Position numbers and translations under genes: made by a program. 64,000 nucleotides of DNA from Lachnospiraceae bacterium (GTDB lineage Bacteria > Bacillota > Clostridia > Lachnospirales > Lachnospiraceae), in NCBI GenBank assembly GCA_017514845.1, contig JAFWIM010000012.1:1777-65776 (forward strand), given 5' to 3'. Below the pieces are notes generated by a model. It was given only the letters and a program-made list of their open reading frames with translations, had not been told where the DNA came from and made no database searches. Of the stretch, positions 10,101 through 18,553 are shown one piece after another; the stretch's first letter is position 1, and each line of letters starts with the position of its first letter.

Positions 10101-10592
10101 TCAGGACTCGCTCTCTTCCTCTTCATCCTCCATGTCATTCACGTCGTAGATTTCGCCCTCGACGAGTTCCATGTACATATGGCCGTCGAGATGATCGATC
10201 TCATGGCAGAAATCTCTCGCCAGGAGACCTTCCCCCTCCATTCGGACGGGCTGCATGTCCCTGTCCAGGCCCTCAACGATGACGTGGTTCGGTCTTGTGA
10301 CCTTGCCGAACTTTCCGGGGTTCGAGAGGCATCCCTCGTCGCCCGTCTGCGTGCCGTCAGACTCCACAATGACCGGGTTGATCAGCACTCTCGGGTCATC
10401 TCCCGTGTCGACAACTATAATTCGCTTTAATACTCCGACCTGCGGGGCGGCAAGGCCGACTCCGTTGTTCTCATACATTGTGTCGAACATGTCGTCAATA
10501 AGTTCCGCGATCTTCGGTGTCATTTCCTTAACGTCTCTGCATTTTTTCTCAAGAACTCTGTCTCCGACTGTGCGTACGGTACGTATTGCCAT
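10101..10592 (-). CDS. def: peptide deformylase
   Basis: GVGLAAPQ, EGCLS, HEIDHLDG. Confidence 0.97.
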   Translation of the reverse strand: MAIRTVRTVGDRVLEKKCRDVKEMTPKIAELIDDMFDTMYENNGVGLAAPQVGVLKRIIVVDTGDDPRVLINPVIVESDGTQTGDEGCLSNPGKFGKVTRPNHVIVEGLDRDMQPVRMEGEGLLARDFCHEIDHLDGHMYMELVEGEIYDVNDMEDEEEESES

Positions 10593-10608
10593 CTCTTACT
10601 CCTTCTCG

Positions 10609-12819
10609 TTATACATTGATATCATATTCTATGCGTATTTCTTCAAATCCGCTGTTAATGCGGACATATTCCTCGATCATATGTCTGGCACGGATCAGGT
10701 TCTCCGTCTCCTTGTTGCGCAGATAAATGACCTGACGAAAGCGGTCCCTGACTTTGCCGACAGTCTGCGGCGCGGGGCCGATCGCGGCCAGGGCTCCCCT
10801 CTTATCGATCATATCGATATATTTTCTTATATATCCCATGCCCACTGTCAGAAGTTCCGAACTGGCGGCACTCCCGAGAATTGCCAGTAGACCGCCGATC
10901 GGCGGATATCGCATGATCTTTCGGTAGGCTATCTCCTCCCGGTAAAACGGTCCGTATGTCTGGGCGGCGGCGTACTTCAGAGTCGTATTCTCAGGCTGGT
11001 AGGTCTGGATCACGGCTGTGCCGGGCTTGTCCCCGCGGCCTGCCCTGCCCACCGCCTGTGTGATCAGCTGATAGGTCCGCTCCTGGGATCTGTAATCCGA
11101 CTCGTTGAGCGAAAGATCCGCCATCAGCACCCCGACCAGTGTGACGTTCGGGAAATCGTGGCCCTTTACGATCATCTGCGTTCCGACAAGGACATCCGCG
11201 TCTCCTCTGCCGAACTCCCGGAGGATCCTGCCGTGGCCTTCCTTGCCGCGCGTGCTGTCAAAATCCATGCGGAGCGTCCGGATCCCGGCAAATTCTTTCT
11301 GCAGGGCTTCCTCGACCTGCTGGGTCCCGACGGAGATTCCGCCGATGTGCCCTGACTTACATTCCGGGCACTCCATGTATTCCGGAATCTCATATCCGCA
11401 GTAATGGCAGATGAGCTTTCCGTTCAGATGTCTCGTGAGCGAGACATCGCAGTGAGGGCATTTCGCGACGAAACCGCAGGCTCTGCATGTCACGAACCCC
11501 GCGTATCCTCGCCTGTTAAGGAACAGCATGGCCTGCTCTCCCCGCTGAAGGCAGGTCCGAAGACGACCTGAAAGCTCCTCCGAGAACATCGACCGGTTGC
11601 CTTTGGCCGCTTCCTCCCTCATATCGACGATCAGTGTCTTCGGCAGCGACGCGCTGCCGTATCTCTGCGTGAGAGATTCTCCGGCATAGCGGCCCTCCCA
11701 CACCCGGTAGGCCGATGTTATGGACGGCGTTGCCGATCCGAGCAGAAGGTGCGCACCTTCGATCTCCGCCCTCTTTTCCGCAGTCTCCCTGGCGTGGTAG
11801 CGCGGCGTCATCTCGGATCTGTATGTCTCCTCATGCTCCTCATCGATGATGATGAGGCCGAGTCTTGTGAACGGGGTGAAGAGAGCCGATCTTGGGCCGA
11901 CCATGATTGAAACATCGCCGCGCTTTGCGGCCTTCATCTGATCGTACCGCTCTCCGTCGGACAGTCGCGAATGGAGAAAGGACACTTTCTCACCGAACCG
12001 TTTCACGAAGCGGGCGACCGTCTGTCTTGTCAGCGCGATCTCGGGGATAAGCATGATCACCTGTTTTCCCTCAGCGAGCACATCCGCGATGAGTTCCATA
12101 TAGACCAGCGTCTTTCCGCTGCCGGTGACCCCCTTAAGGAGGACCGGCCGGCCCTTTGTCGACCACTCCGTGCGTATCTTTCTGACCGCCATGGCCTGTT
12201 CGCCGGTCAGGACGTCCGGAGGCAGGGCTTCCGCCTCCTCAATGACCTTGCGATAGTTCTCCTGGGTCATAACACAGATGATGCCGTCTTTTTCGAGGCC
12301 GCGGATGATCTCAATGCTCACATTCTGCTCTCTCATCAGATCCGCGACGAGCTGATTATCATGCATGAGCAGTGAGTCGATGACTCTTGCCCTGCCCTGC
12401 TGCCGTTTTCCAAGGCGGCCCTTGTAGTAGATCGCCATATTTCTGTCGGTTATGGAGGCCCTTCGGATCGTGAGTGGGTTCACTTTTTTCCCGAGGGGCA
12501 GGACAGTTCGAAGCGACTGAGCCATGACTCCGCCGTAGGTCCGGCACATCCAACCCGCAAGGGCGATCAGTCTGGCTTCCACAGTCTCCTCGTCAGTGAG
12601 GACCGCGGCAATGTCCTTCACCTTGTCCGGGTCATAGTCACAGCTGTCCTTCAGCCTGATCACGTATCCGCGGACCATTCGCGCGCCGAACGGAATGGTG
12701 ACAAGACTGCCGACGCTGACAGAATCCTTAAGGACTTCCGGGATCCGGTAGCTGAAAGGTCTGTCCAGGGCCTGCACGGAAATATCGACGATAATATCAG
12801 CGTAAAGCTCGTTCATCAA
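10609..12819 (-). CDS. priA: primosomal protein N'
   Basis: GVTGSGKT, DEEH, SAT, four CxxC zinc motifs, QAVGRAGR. Confidence 0.96.
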   Translation of the reverse strand: MMNELYADIIVDISVQALDRPFSYRIPEVLKDSVSVGSLVTIPFGARMVRGYVIRLKDSCDYDPDKVKDIAAVLTDEETVEARLIALAGWMCRTYGGVMAQSLRTVLPLGKKVNPLTIRRASITDRNMAIYYKGRLGKRQQGRARVIDSLLMHDNQLVADLMREQNVSIEIIRGLEKDGIICVMTQENYRKVIEEAEALPPDVLTGEQAMAVRKIRTEWSTKGRPVLLKGVTGSGKTLVYMELIADVLAEGKQVIMLIPEIALTRQTVARFVKRFGEKVSFLHSRLSDGERYDQMKAAKRGDVSIMVGPRSALFTPFTRLGLIIIDEEHEETYRSEMTPRYHARETAEKRAEIEGAHLLLGSATPSITSAYRVWEGRYAGESLTQRYGSASLPKTLIVDMREEAAKGNRSMFSEELSGRLRTCLQRGEQAMLFLNRRGYAGFVTCRACGFVAKCPHCDVSLTRHLNGKLICHYCGYEIPEYMECPECKSGHIGGISVGTQQVEEALQKEFAGIRTLRMDFDSTRGKEGHGRILREFGRGDADVLVGTQMIVKGHDFPNVTLVGVLMADLSLNESDYRSQERTYQLITQAVGRAGRGDKPGTAVIQTYQPENTTLKYAAAQTYGPFYREEIAYRKIMRYPPIGGLLAILGSAASSELLTVGMGYIRKYIDMIDKRGALAAIGPAPQTVGKVRDRFRQVIYLRNKETENLIRARHMIEEYVRINSGFEEIRIEYDINV

Positions 12820-14287
12820 GGATTTCCTTTATCAGTACTCTCTCATCCATCGGATATTTGACGCCCCTTATCTCCTGATAATCTTCATGGCCTTTACCCG
12901 CGAGGACGATGATATCCCCCGGTTTCCCATGATCGATCGCGTAGGCGATTGCTTCTTTCCGATCGATGATCGTTATGTATTTTCCGTCTGTTTTCTTAAT
13001 TCCGGTCACGATATCCGCGATGATGGCCTCCGGCTCCTCATATCTCGGATTGTCCGAAGTGATGATAGTGAAATCGGCCATCCTGCCGGATATCTCGCCC
13101 ATCTCGAATCTGCGGTCTCTCGATCTGTTCCCGCCGCAGCCGAACAGACAGACGATGCGGTTCGGGTGATAATCCCGGAGCGTGGAGAGAAGGCTCTCGA
13201 GAGCCATCGCGTTGTGGGCGTAGTCGATCATGAGCGTGAACTTGTCCGAAACTTTGACCATCTCTATCCTGCCCTTGACAAATGCCGCCTTGAGCGCTTT
13301 CCTGATCGCTGCGACGGGTATGTCAAAATGTCTGCATATGGAGATGGCTGTCAGCGCATTATAGACCGAGAAGAGACCCGGGATATCGAGCTCTACAGGG
13401 AAAGATGCCTTTCCGACGAGATCGAAAGTCACGCCCAGGTAGCCCGGTCTGTGAATATGCTCTATGTTCACGGCCCGAAGATCCGCATCCGGGGAGGTAA
13501 TTCCGTAAGTCTCCACAGGGCAGACGCAGCCGGCGAGGACTTCCTGCGTGTGGGCATCGTCGGCATTGGCAACCGCTATCCGGCACTGCTTAAAGAGACG
13601 GCTCTTCATCTCAAGATACTCGGCAAAATCTTTGTGCTCCCCTGTCCCTATGTGGTCCGGAGACAGGTTCGTGAAGACACCGATCTCGAACATGATCCCG
13701 GCAGTCCGGTGCATCATGAGGGCCTGTGAGGATACTTCCATGACAGCGCAGGTACAGCCGGCATCGACCATCTCGCGAAGATATTTCTGTACGAGTGTCG
13801 ACTCCGGGGTCGTATTCTTCGACGGGATACGCGTATCGCCGATGATCGTCTCGATCGTCCCGATGAGGCCGACTCTGTGGCCTGCGTTCTCGAGGATCGA
13901 GCGGACCATGTAGGTCGTCGTCGTCTTTCCCTTGGTACCGGTGATACCGATGACCGGGATCTTCTCCGCGGGATACTCATACCAGGCAGCCGCGATGAGC
14001 GACATCGCGTATCTCGTGTCAGCGACACTCACGACAGTGCAGGTCTCCGGAATCTCCGAGATCTCCCCGTCGGACAATCTTCCGTCCTCCACCACGACCG
14101 CCGAGGCTCCGTCGCGTGCCGCCGAGACCGCGCAGGTATGCCCGTCGAACTTTGCTCCGACGATGCAGATGAACATACATCCCGGTGTCACCTCATTTGA
14201 ATTATTAACAATCTTCTCTATTTCTCTGTCCGCGCTCCCTTTCAGAATGCGGTACTCTGACCTTTCAAGCAGATAAGCAAGTTTCAT
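12797..14287 (-). CDS. murE: UDP-MurNAc-tripeptide synthetase (meso-DAP type)
   Basis: GTKGKTT, MEVSS, DYAHN, DNPR (mDAP specificity), AGKGHE. Confidence 0.93.
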   Translation of the reverse strand: MKLAYLLERSEYRILKGSADREIEKIVNNSNEVTPGCMFICIVGAKFDGHTCAVSAARDGASAVVVEDGRLSDGEISEIPETCTVVSVADTRYAMSLIAAAWYEYPAEKIPVIGITGTKGKTTTTYMVRSILENAGHRVGLIGTIETIIGDTRIPSKNTTPESTLVQKYLREMVDAGCTCAVMEVSSQALMMHRTAGIMFEIGVFTNLSPDHIGTGEHKDFAEYLEMKSRLFKQCRIAVANADDAHTQEVLAGCVCPVETYGITSPDADLRAVNIEHIHRPGYLGVTFDLVGKASFPVELDIPGLFSVYNALTAISICRHFDIPVAAIRKALKAAFVKGRIEMVKVSDKFTLMIDYAHNAMALESLLSTLRDYHPNRIVCLFGCGGNRSRDRRFEMGEISGRMADFTIITSDNPRYEEPEAIIADIVTGIKKTDGKYITIIDRKEAIAYAIDHGKPGDIIVLAGKGHEDYQEIRGVKYPMDERVLIKEILDERALR

Positions 14288-14338
14288 GCGCTTATACTCC
14301 CCCTTCTGTCCTCAAGACATAAATATCCATGTTGAAAT

Positions 14339-14367
14339 ATCATACCTTATTTGTGCCATAAAAGCAA
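14339..14367 (-). promoter_or_regulatory. putative sigma-A promoter for the murE-thiN operon
   Basis: TTGCTT-17bp-TATGAT about 50 bp upstream of murE. Confidence 0.55.
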
Positions 14368-14382
14368 ATAAAGCGTGAAAAA

Positions 14383-14470
14383 GTACCGCATGGGACCGCT
14401 CTGCCCGATAAGAACGTCTGACACCTGTTCCTGTCAGACCGCTTATCGGCCGGGGCGGCGCCATGCGGCA
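14383..14470. repeat. long imperfect palindrome (about 88 nt)
   Basis: Nested stems CCGCATGG/CCATGCGG, CCGCTCTG/CGGGGCGG, CCGATAAG/CTTATCGG and GTCTGACA/TGTCAGAC between uppP and murE. Confidence 0.75.
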
Positions 14471-14483
14471 CCCTGAACTTTTC

Positions 14484-15329
14484 TTATGCAAATACCGTTG
14501 TCACGGCGAAATACAGGAGAACTATGATTCCGAGAACGATCCGGTAAACACCGAAGACCTTGAAGTCATGTGTTCTGATGTACTTGAGAAGGAACTTGAT
14601 CGCGAAGATTGATACAAAGAAAGCCACGATCATACCCGCTGCCAGCAGCACGATCTCATATCCCGTAAAGAGAAGCCCGAATTTCAGGAGCTTCAGAAGA
14701 CTTGCTCCGAGCATGACCGGAACAGCCAGGAAGAATGTGTACTCCGATGCGGTCTTTCTGGACATTCCGAGTATAATACCGCCGAGGATGGTCGCACCGG
14801 ATCTCGATGTTCCGGGGATCAGGGCGAGCACCTGGAAAAGACCGATCATGAGGGCTGTCGTCCAGTCAATCTGAGCGATCGAGCGGATGAGCGGCTTCGT
14901 CTTTTTATTTCTGTTCTCAATAACGATAAATAATACACCGTAAACGATGAGCATGATCGCGACGGTAGGATAATTGTAGAAGTGCTCATCGAGCCAGTCA
15001 TCAAACGGGAAGCCGATCACGATAGCCGGGACACAGGAGACCAGTATCTTAAGCCACATAATGAATTTTTCCCGGTCCAGTATCTTGTAGACCCCTTTCT
15101 CCTTATCGTCCGGTCTGTGGAAAGGCCAGAGCCTGCCCCAGTACAGGAAGACAACAGCCAGAATGGCTCCGAGCTGAATGACGACCAGGAACATATCCCA
15201 GTAATCTTCGGATACCGAGAGTTTTAAGAACTGCTCGACCAATATCATATGTCCCGTTGAGCTGATCGGAAGCCATTCGGTAATACCTTCTACGATTCCA
15301 AGAATGACTACTTTAATAAAATCCAGCAT
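14484..15329 (-). CDS. uppP: undecaprenyl-diphosphate phosphatase
   Basis: GIVEGITEWLPISSTGH, IQLGAILA, PGTSRSGATI. Confidence 0.96.
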   Translation of the reverse strand: MLDFIKVVILGIVEGITEWLPISSTGHMILVEQFLKLSVSEDYWDMFLVVIQLGAILAVVFLYWGRLWPFHRPDDKEKGVYKILDREKFIMWLKILVSCVPAIVIGFPFDDWLDEHFYNYPTVAIMLIVYGVLFIVIENRNKKTKPLIRSIAQIDWTTALMIGLFQVLALIPGTSRSGATILGGIILGMSRKTASEYTFFLAVPVMLGASLLKLLKFGLLFTGYEIVLLAAGMIVAFFVSIFAIKFLLKYIRTHDFKVFGVYRIVLGIIVLLYFAVTTVFA

Positions 15330-15460
15330 ATACTCCTCTTTTGGGCTTGCGGCCGGAACTCACCGTTCCGCCATCTAAGGAGCTGTTTTCGCCCAATGCA
15401 ACGTCTGCCGCACAACTCCTGAATAACAGTTACTGCCTAACCGGTTCCACTGAGATAGGC

Positions 15461-15494
15461 AAAAGAAAAACCCAAGGATAATACCTCGGGTTTC
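15461..15494 (-). terminator. terminator downstream of tRNA-Leu
   Basis: Minus strand AAACCCGAGG-TATTAT-CCTTGGGTTT followed by TTCTTTT. Confidence 0.7.
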
Positions 15495-15495
15495 G

Positions 15496-15581
15496 TGCAG
15501 GAAAAGGGACTTGAACCCTCACTCTAACTGAATAGAACAGGCACCTGAAGCCTGCGCGTCTGCCAATTCCGCCATTCCTGC
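15496..15581 (-). tRNA. tRNA-Leu (anticodon CAG)
   Basis: GCAGGAA acceptor stem, GGCGGAATTGGCAGACGC D-arm, CAGGC-TTCAGGT-GCCTG anticodon arm, long variable arm, GGTTCAAGTCC T-arm; CCA is not encoded. Confidence 0.95.
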
Positions 15582-15612
15582 GAGTGCTGCGCTTACCGCG
15601 TCAACAATAGTG

Positions 15613-15641
15613 ATTCTACTATATGATGTCTGTTTCGTCAA
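15613..15641 (-). promoter_or_regulatory. sigma-A promoter of tRNA-Leu
   Basis: TTGACG-17bp-TAGAAT with A-rich UP-like tracts upstream. Confidence 0.8.
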
Positions 15642-15730
15642 CATCTTTTTTTATTTTTTAATGTGACAGTGTTCTCAGGTAACAGTTGCTTCAGCCTGCT
15701 CCTTGAACCCGCTCCCGACAGATAATAACT

Positions 15731-15766
15731 AAAAGCAGGAATTTTCAATAAAATTCCTGCTTTTTT
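15731..15766. terminator. bidirectional rho-independent terminator
   Basis: AAAAGCAGGAATTT...AAATTCCTGCTTTTTT downstream of the SpeE-like gene. Confidence 0.8.
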
Positions 15767-15828
15767 GATGTTTTTATTCGATACTTTTTAGTTTGTAAGA
15801 CAAAACGAAACCGCGTGTCACAGTTTCA

Positions 15829-17385
15829 TTACAGGAGACCTCCAACGCCTCCGTAGGCCTCAAGCGTGTCCGATATCAGCGTATCAAGTGCCTGCATACC
15901 GAGAATTTCTACCGGTGCCCTGTCATCTGTGAGTATGTGATCTCCGCCTTCCTCGATGCGCAGACCGCTAAGCACCGTCACAAGCTGATCCCTGAGTTCT
16001 GTATTATTTTTCAGGACATCGACGCGTTCTCTGAAGGTATCAAAAATTCCCTCATCCATACCGGCGAAAAGCTCCCTGTTCGTATTGTTGCCGACTGTAA
16101 CTGTCGCAACACCCGGGAAAACACTACAGATCGTATCAATCAGGCAGTCATTGATGCCGCCCTCTTCTTCCGAGCGCATGTTCATATTAACGACCATGAC
16201 TCCTCCGGGGTTCAGGTGGTCTCTCACCATAGTAAAAAACTCCACCGTAGACATCTGAAACGGGATCGTAATATCCTGGTACGCGTCTACCATGATAATG
16301 TCGTATGTGCCGGCATTCCTAAGATAGGCTCTCCCGTCCTCACATATGACAGGTATCTCATCCGGAAGTTCAAAATACTTTCTGGAAAGATCGACGATCT
16401 TCTGATCTATCTCCACTCCCTCCGAAGTGACACCGGGATAGTAGATCTCGCACTGCTTGGCATATGTGCCCGTCCCCATCCCGAGAACAAGCAGTTTCAT
16501 CTCATCGTTCTGTTCACCTGCCATGAGCGGTGCTGCCAGCGCATAATCATAATACATTCCTGTAAGGCCGCCGCTCTTTTTATAGATCGACTGAACACCT
16601 TCGAGGACATTTGTAGATAGAATAATGTCTTCTGCCGTCTCTTCTACCCTGAGATAGTTGTAGATCGATTCGTCTTCATAGAGGATATCATTCTCCCAGA
16701 AGGCGAAGCTGTAGTCAAAAGGGAGAAAGATAAGAGCGACGATCACGCCCGCTGCGATTCCTCCTCTCACCACATGCTTTTTAGCACTAATAAAATAAAT
16801 CAGTGATATGATTGCCAGAATAGCAGAAAAAATATAGAACGTAGCCGCTGTCCCAAAACTCGGGATCGTAACAAATGTAGGCAGAAATGTTCCCAGTATA
16901 CTGCCGATCGTACCGCACGCCTCAATCGTGCCCACTGTTCTCCCGTTATCGACAAGGTTTACCGTCGAATACTTAATGAGGGAAGGCGTTACCGTTCCCA
17001 GAAGACAGAGTGGGAACACAAAGAGTACAAGGCAGGTCGCAAATGAAGCCCACACAAGATAGCTTCCCTGCACGACCGTGACAACCAGCAGAGTGACTCC
17101 GAGGATCACATATCGACCGGCGATCGGCAGCGCGGCTGTCCAGACAGCCGCGACCATAAGTCTTTTATACAGTCTCGCCGGATCCGGATCTTTGTCTGCC
17201 GAGCGGCCTCCCCAGACGTTGCCGATTGCCATGGCAATCATGATGATGCCGATAATAATGGTCCATATGACCTGTGATGACGAAAAGTAAGGAGTCAGCA
17301 GTCTGCTGGCTCCCATCTCGATCGCCATAATGGACATTCCGGAAAAGAATGCCGTCGCATAGAGATAAAACCTGTTCTTAATCAT
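15829..17385 (-). CDS. membrane-fused spermidine synthase-like / SAM-dependent transferase
   Basis: About 7 N-terminal TM helices (FFSG...E...R...PYF.SS...W), then a Rossmann fold with VLGMGTG, VEID, EDGR, DIIMVDAY, LTDDRAP. Start set at ATG 17385 (RBS AGGGAG). Confidence 0.8.
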   Translation of the reverse strand: MIKNRFYLYATAFFSGMSIMAIEMGASRLLTPYFSSSQVIWTIIIGIIMIAMAIGNVWGGRSADKDPDPARLYKRLMVAAVWTAALPIAGRYVILGVTLLVVTVVQGSYLVWASFATCLVLFVFPLCLLGTVTPSLIKYSTVNLVDNGRTVGTIEACGTIGSILGTFLPTFVTIPSFGTAATFYIFSAILAIISLIYFISAKKHVVRGGIAAGVIVALIFLPFDYSFAFWENDILYEDESIYNYLRVEETAEDIILSTNVLEGVQSIYKKSGGLTGMYYDYALAAPLMAGEQNDEMKLLVLGMGTGTYAKQCEIYYPGVTSEGVEIDQKIVDLSRKYFELPDEIPVICEDGRAYLRNAGTYDIIMVDAYQDITIPFQMSTVEFFTMVRDHLNPGGVMVVNMNMRSEEEGGINDCLIDTICSVFPGVATVTVGNNTNRELFAGMDEGIFDTFRERVDVLKNNTELRDQLVTVLSGLRIEEGGDHILTDDRAPVEILGMQALDTLISDTLEAYGGVGGLL

Positions 17386-17427
17386 ATTGCTCCCTGTAAT
17401 ACACCTTTTCCCGGCTGCTACCGACAC

Positions 17428-17895
17428 TTATTTCTTTCTTCTGAACAAATTCAGAAGGATAAGCGTCACACCTCCGATCAGTATGAAGACATCTCCGAGA
17501 TTGAACACAATGCGCTGCACGCTCTTCACCCGACGGCTGACAAGGCTGATATAGTCCGTGACACTGCCTCTCACCCATCTGTCGTGGAGATTGCTCAGGG
17601 CACCCGCGAGAAAGAATGCGTAGGCACCTTTTTTGAGTGCACGCTTCTTCATGGGGAGCAGGAAGAGGAACCTGACGGCTGCAAGAGCTGCAGCCACGGT
17701 CGACGCTATCTTCACATAAGTGGACCTGCCGCTCAGTATGCCGCCGGCAGCCCCTTTATTCTCGGTCCTTCTGATAAGGACCTTTCCGCCCGCGGCGATT
17801 CTTGTGTCCCGGCCGGGCTTCATCTCGCTTTCAACTTTTCGCTTATAGTAATAATCTGCATAAAACAGAACCGCAATCAGTAACAGGTACTTCAT
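17428..17895 (-). CDS. lspA: signal peptidase II (peptidase A8)
   Basis: NKGAAGG, GALSNLHDR, GSVTDYI, VFNLGDVFI. Confidence 0.8.
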   Translation of the reverse strand: MKYLLLIAVLFYADYYYKRKVESEMKPGRDTRIAAGGKVLIRRTENKGAAGGILSGRSTYVKIASTVAAALAAVRFLFLLPMKKRALKKGAYAFFLAGALSNLHDRWVRGSVTDYISLVSRRVKSVQRIVFNLGDVFILIGGVTLILLNLFRRKK

Positions 17896-17932
17896 TCTAT
17901 CCCCCTACAAAAGAGCGCACAGAATCTAAGGC

Positions 17933-18403
17933 TCACATTTCCGGGAAATCCGGCTCCTCAGAAATCTCCGCTTCCTGGATTTCAACGCTTTCTTCAACAC
18001 TGACTTCCTGTGACTCCAGCTTAGGCGCGCGGGCGATCGGCATCGCGGATCCGCACCTCGGACAGAAAGCCGCGTCCACAGCGACAATTTCATGGCACTT
18101 CGGGCACAGTGTCTTTTTCTGTACTTCTGCCAGAGCTTTTCTCGCGTTCCTTATCACAACTCTGTGGGAATCAATCGCGCTGATGATATCGGCAAGGTCA
18201 TCGGACACCTCGATATCTCCGCTCTTAACACCCCTGTAGACAAGCTCCCCGATTTTCTGGTAAAGCTTCTCAACTTCTTTCTGCTCGCTGGATATCTGTG
18301 CATTGTATTTCGTCATCTCTACTACTTCGCCGGTCTTTCCGACCGCCTGCTGAGTAAATCTCGATAAAGATTTTCCGATCTCACTGAAAAAATCATCCGC
18401 CAT
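17933..18403 (-). CDS. coiled-coil and zinc-ribbon protein
   Basis: Helical N-terminus, CPKC...FCPRCG, acidic tail; RBS AAGGAGG. Confidence 0.75.
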   Translation of the reverse strand: MADDFFSEIGKSLSRFTQQAVGKTGEVVEMTKYNAQISSEQKEVEKLYQKIGELVYRGVKSGDIEVSDDLADIISAIDSHRVVIRNARKALAEVQKKTLCPKCHEIVAVDAAFCPRCGSAMPIARAPKLESQEVSVEESVEIQEAEISEEPDFPEM

Positions 18404-18486
18404 CTGTGCTCCTCCTTCTCTGCTCTGACTCTATATGGTTTTCGTTATTATACGATTCTGATGCGCAATTTGCCAGGATACGTACC

Positions 18487-18540
18487 ACCGGCAAAGAGCG
18501 TTCCACCGACAAAGAGCGCACTGCCGGCAAAGAGCGGTCC
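18487..18540 (+). repeat. 3 x 18-bp tandem repeat
   Basis: ACCGGCAAAGAGCGTTCC / ACCGACAAAGAGCGCACT / GCCGGCAAAGAGCGGTCC. Confidence 0.8.
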
Positions 18541-18553
18541 GCCCCGCACCTTA

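Noticed and set aside
15496-15830. tRNA-Leu as an integration site for an island
   Set aside because: No integrase and no duplicated tRNA 3' end seen in the window.
17386-17430. lspA stop directly in frame with GTG at 17427 (possible fusion or longer start)
   Set aside because: The stop is TAA, and ATG 17385 has its own RBS; the intervening codons look non-coding.
18487-18540. Repeats considered as a CRISPR array
   Set aside because: The 18-bp units are contiguous, with no spacers and no cas genes.
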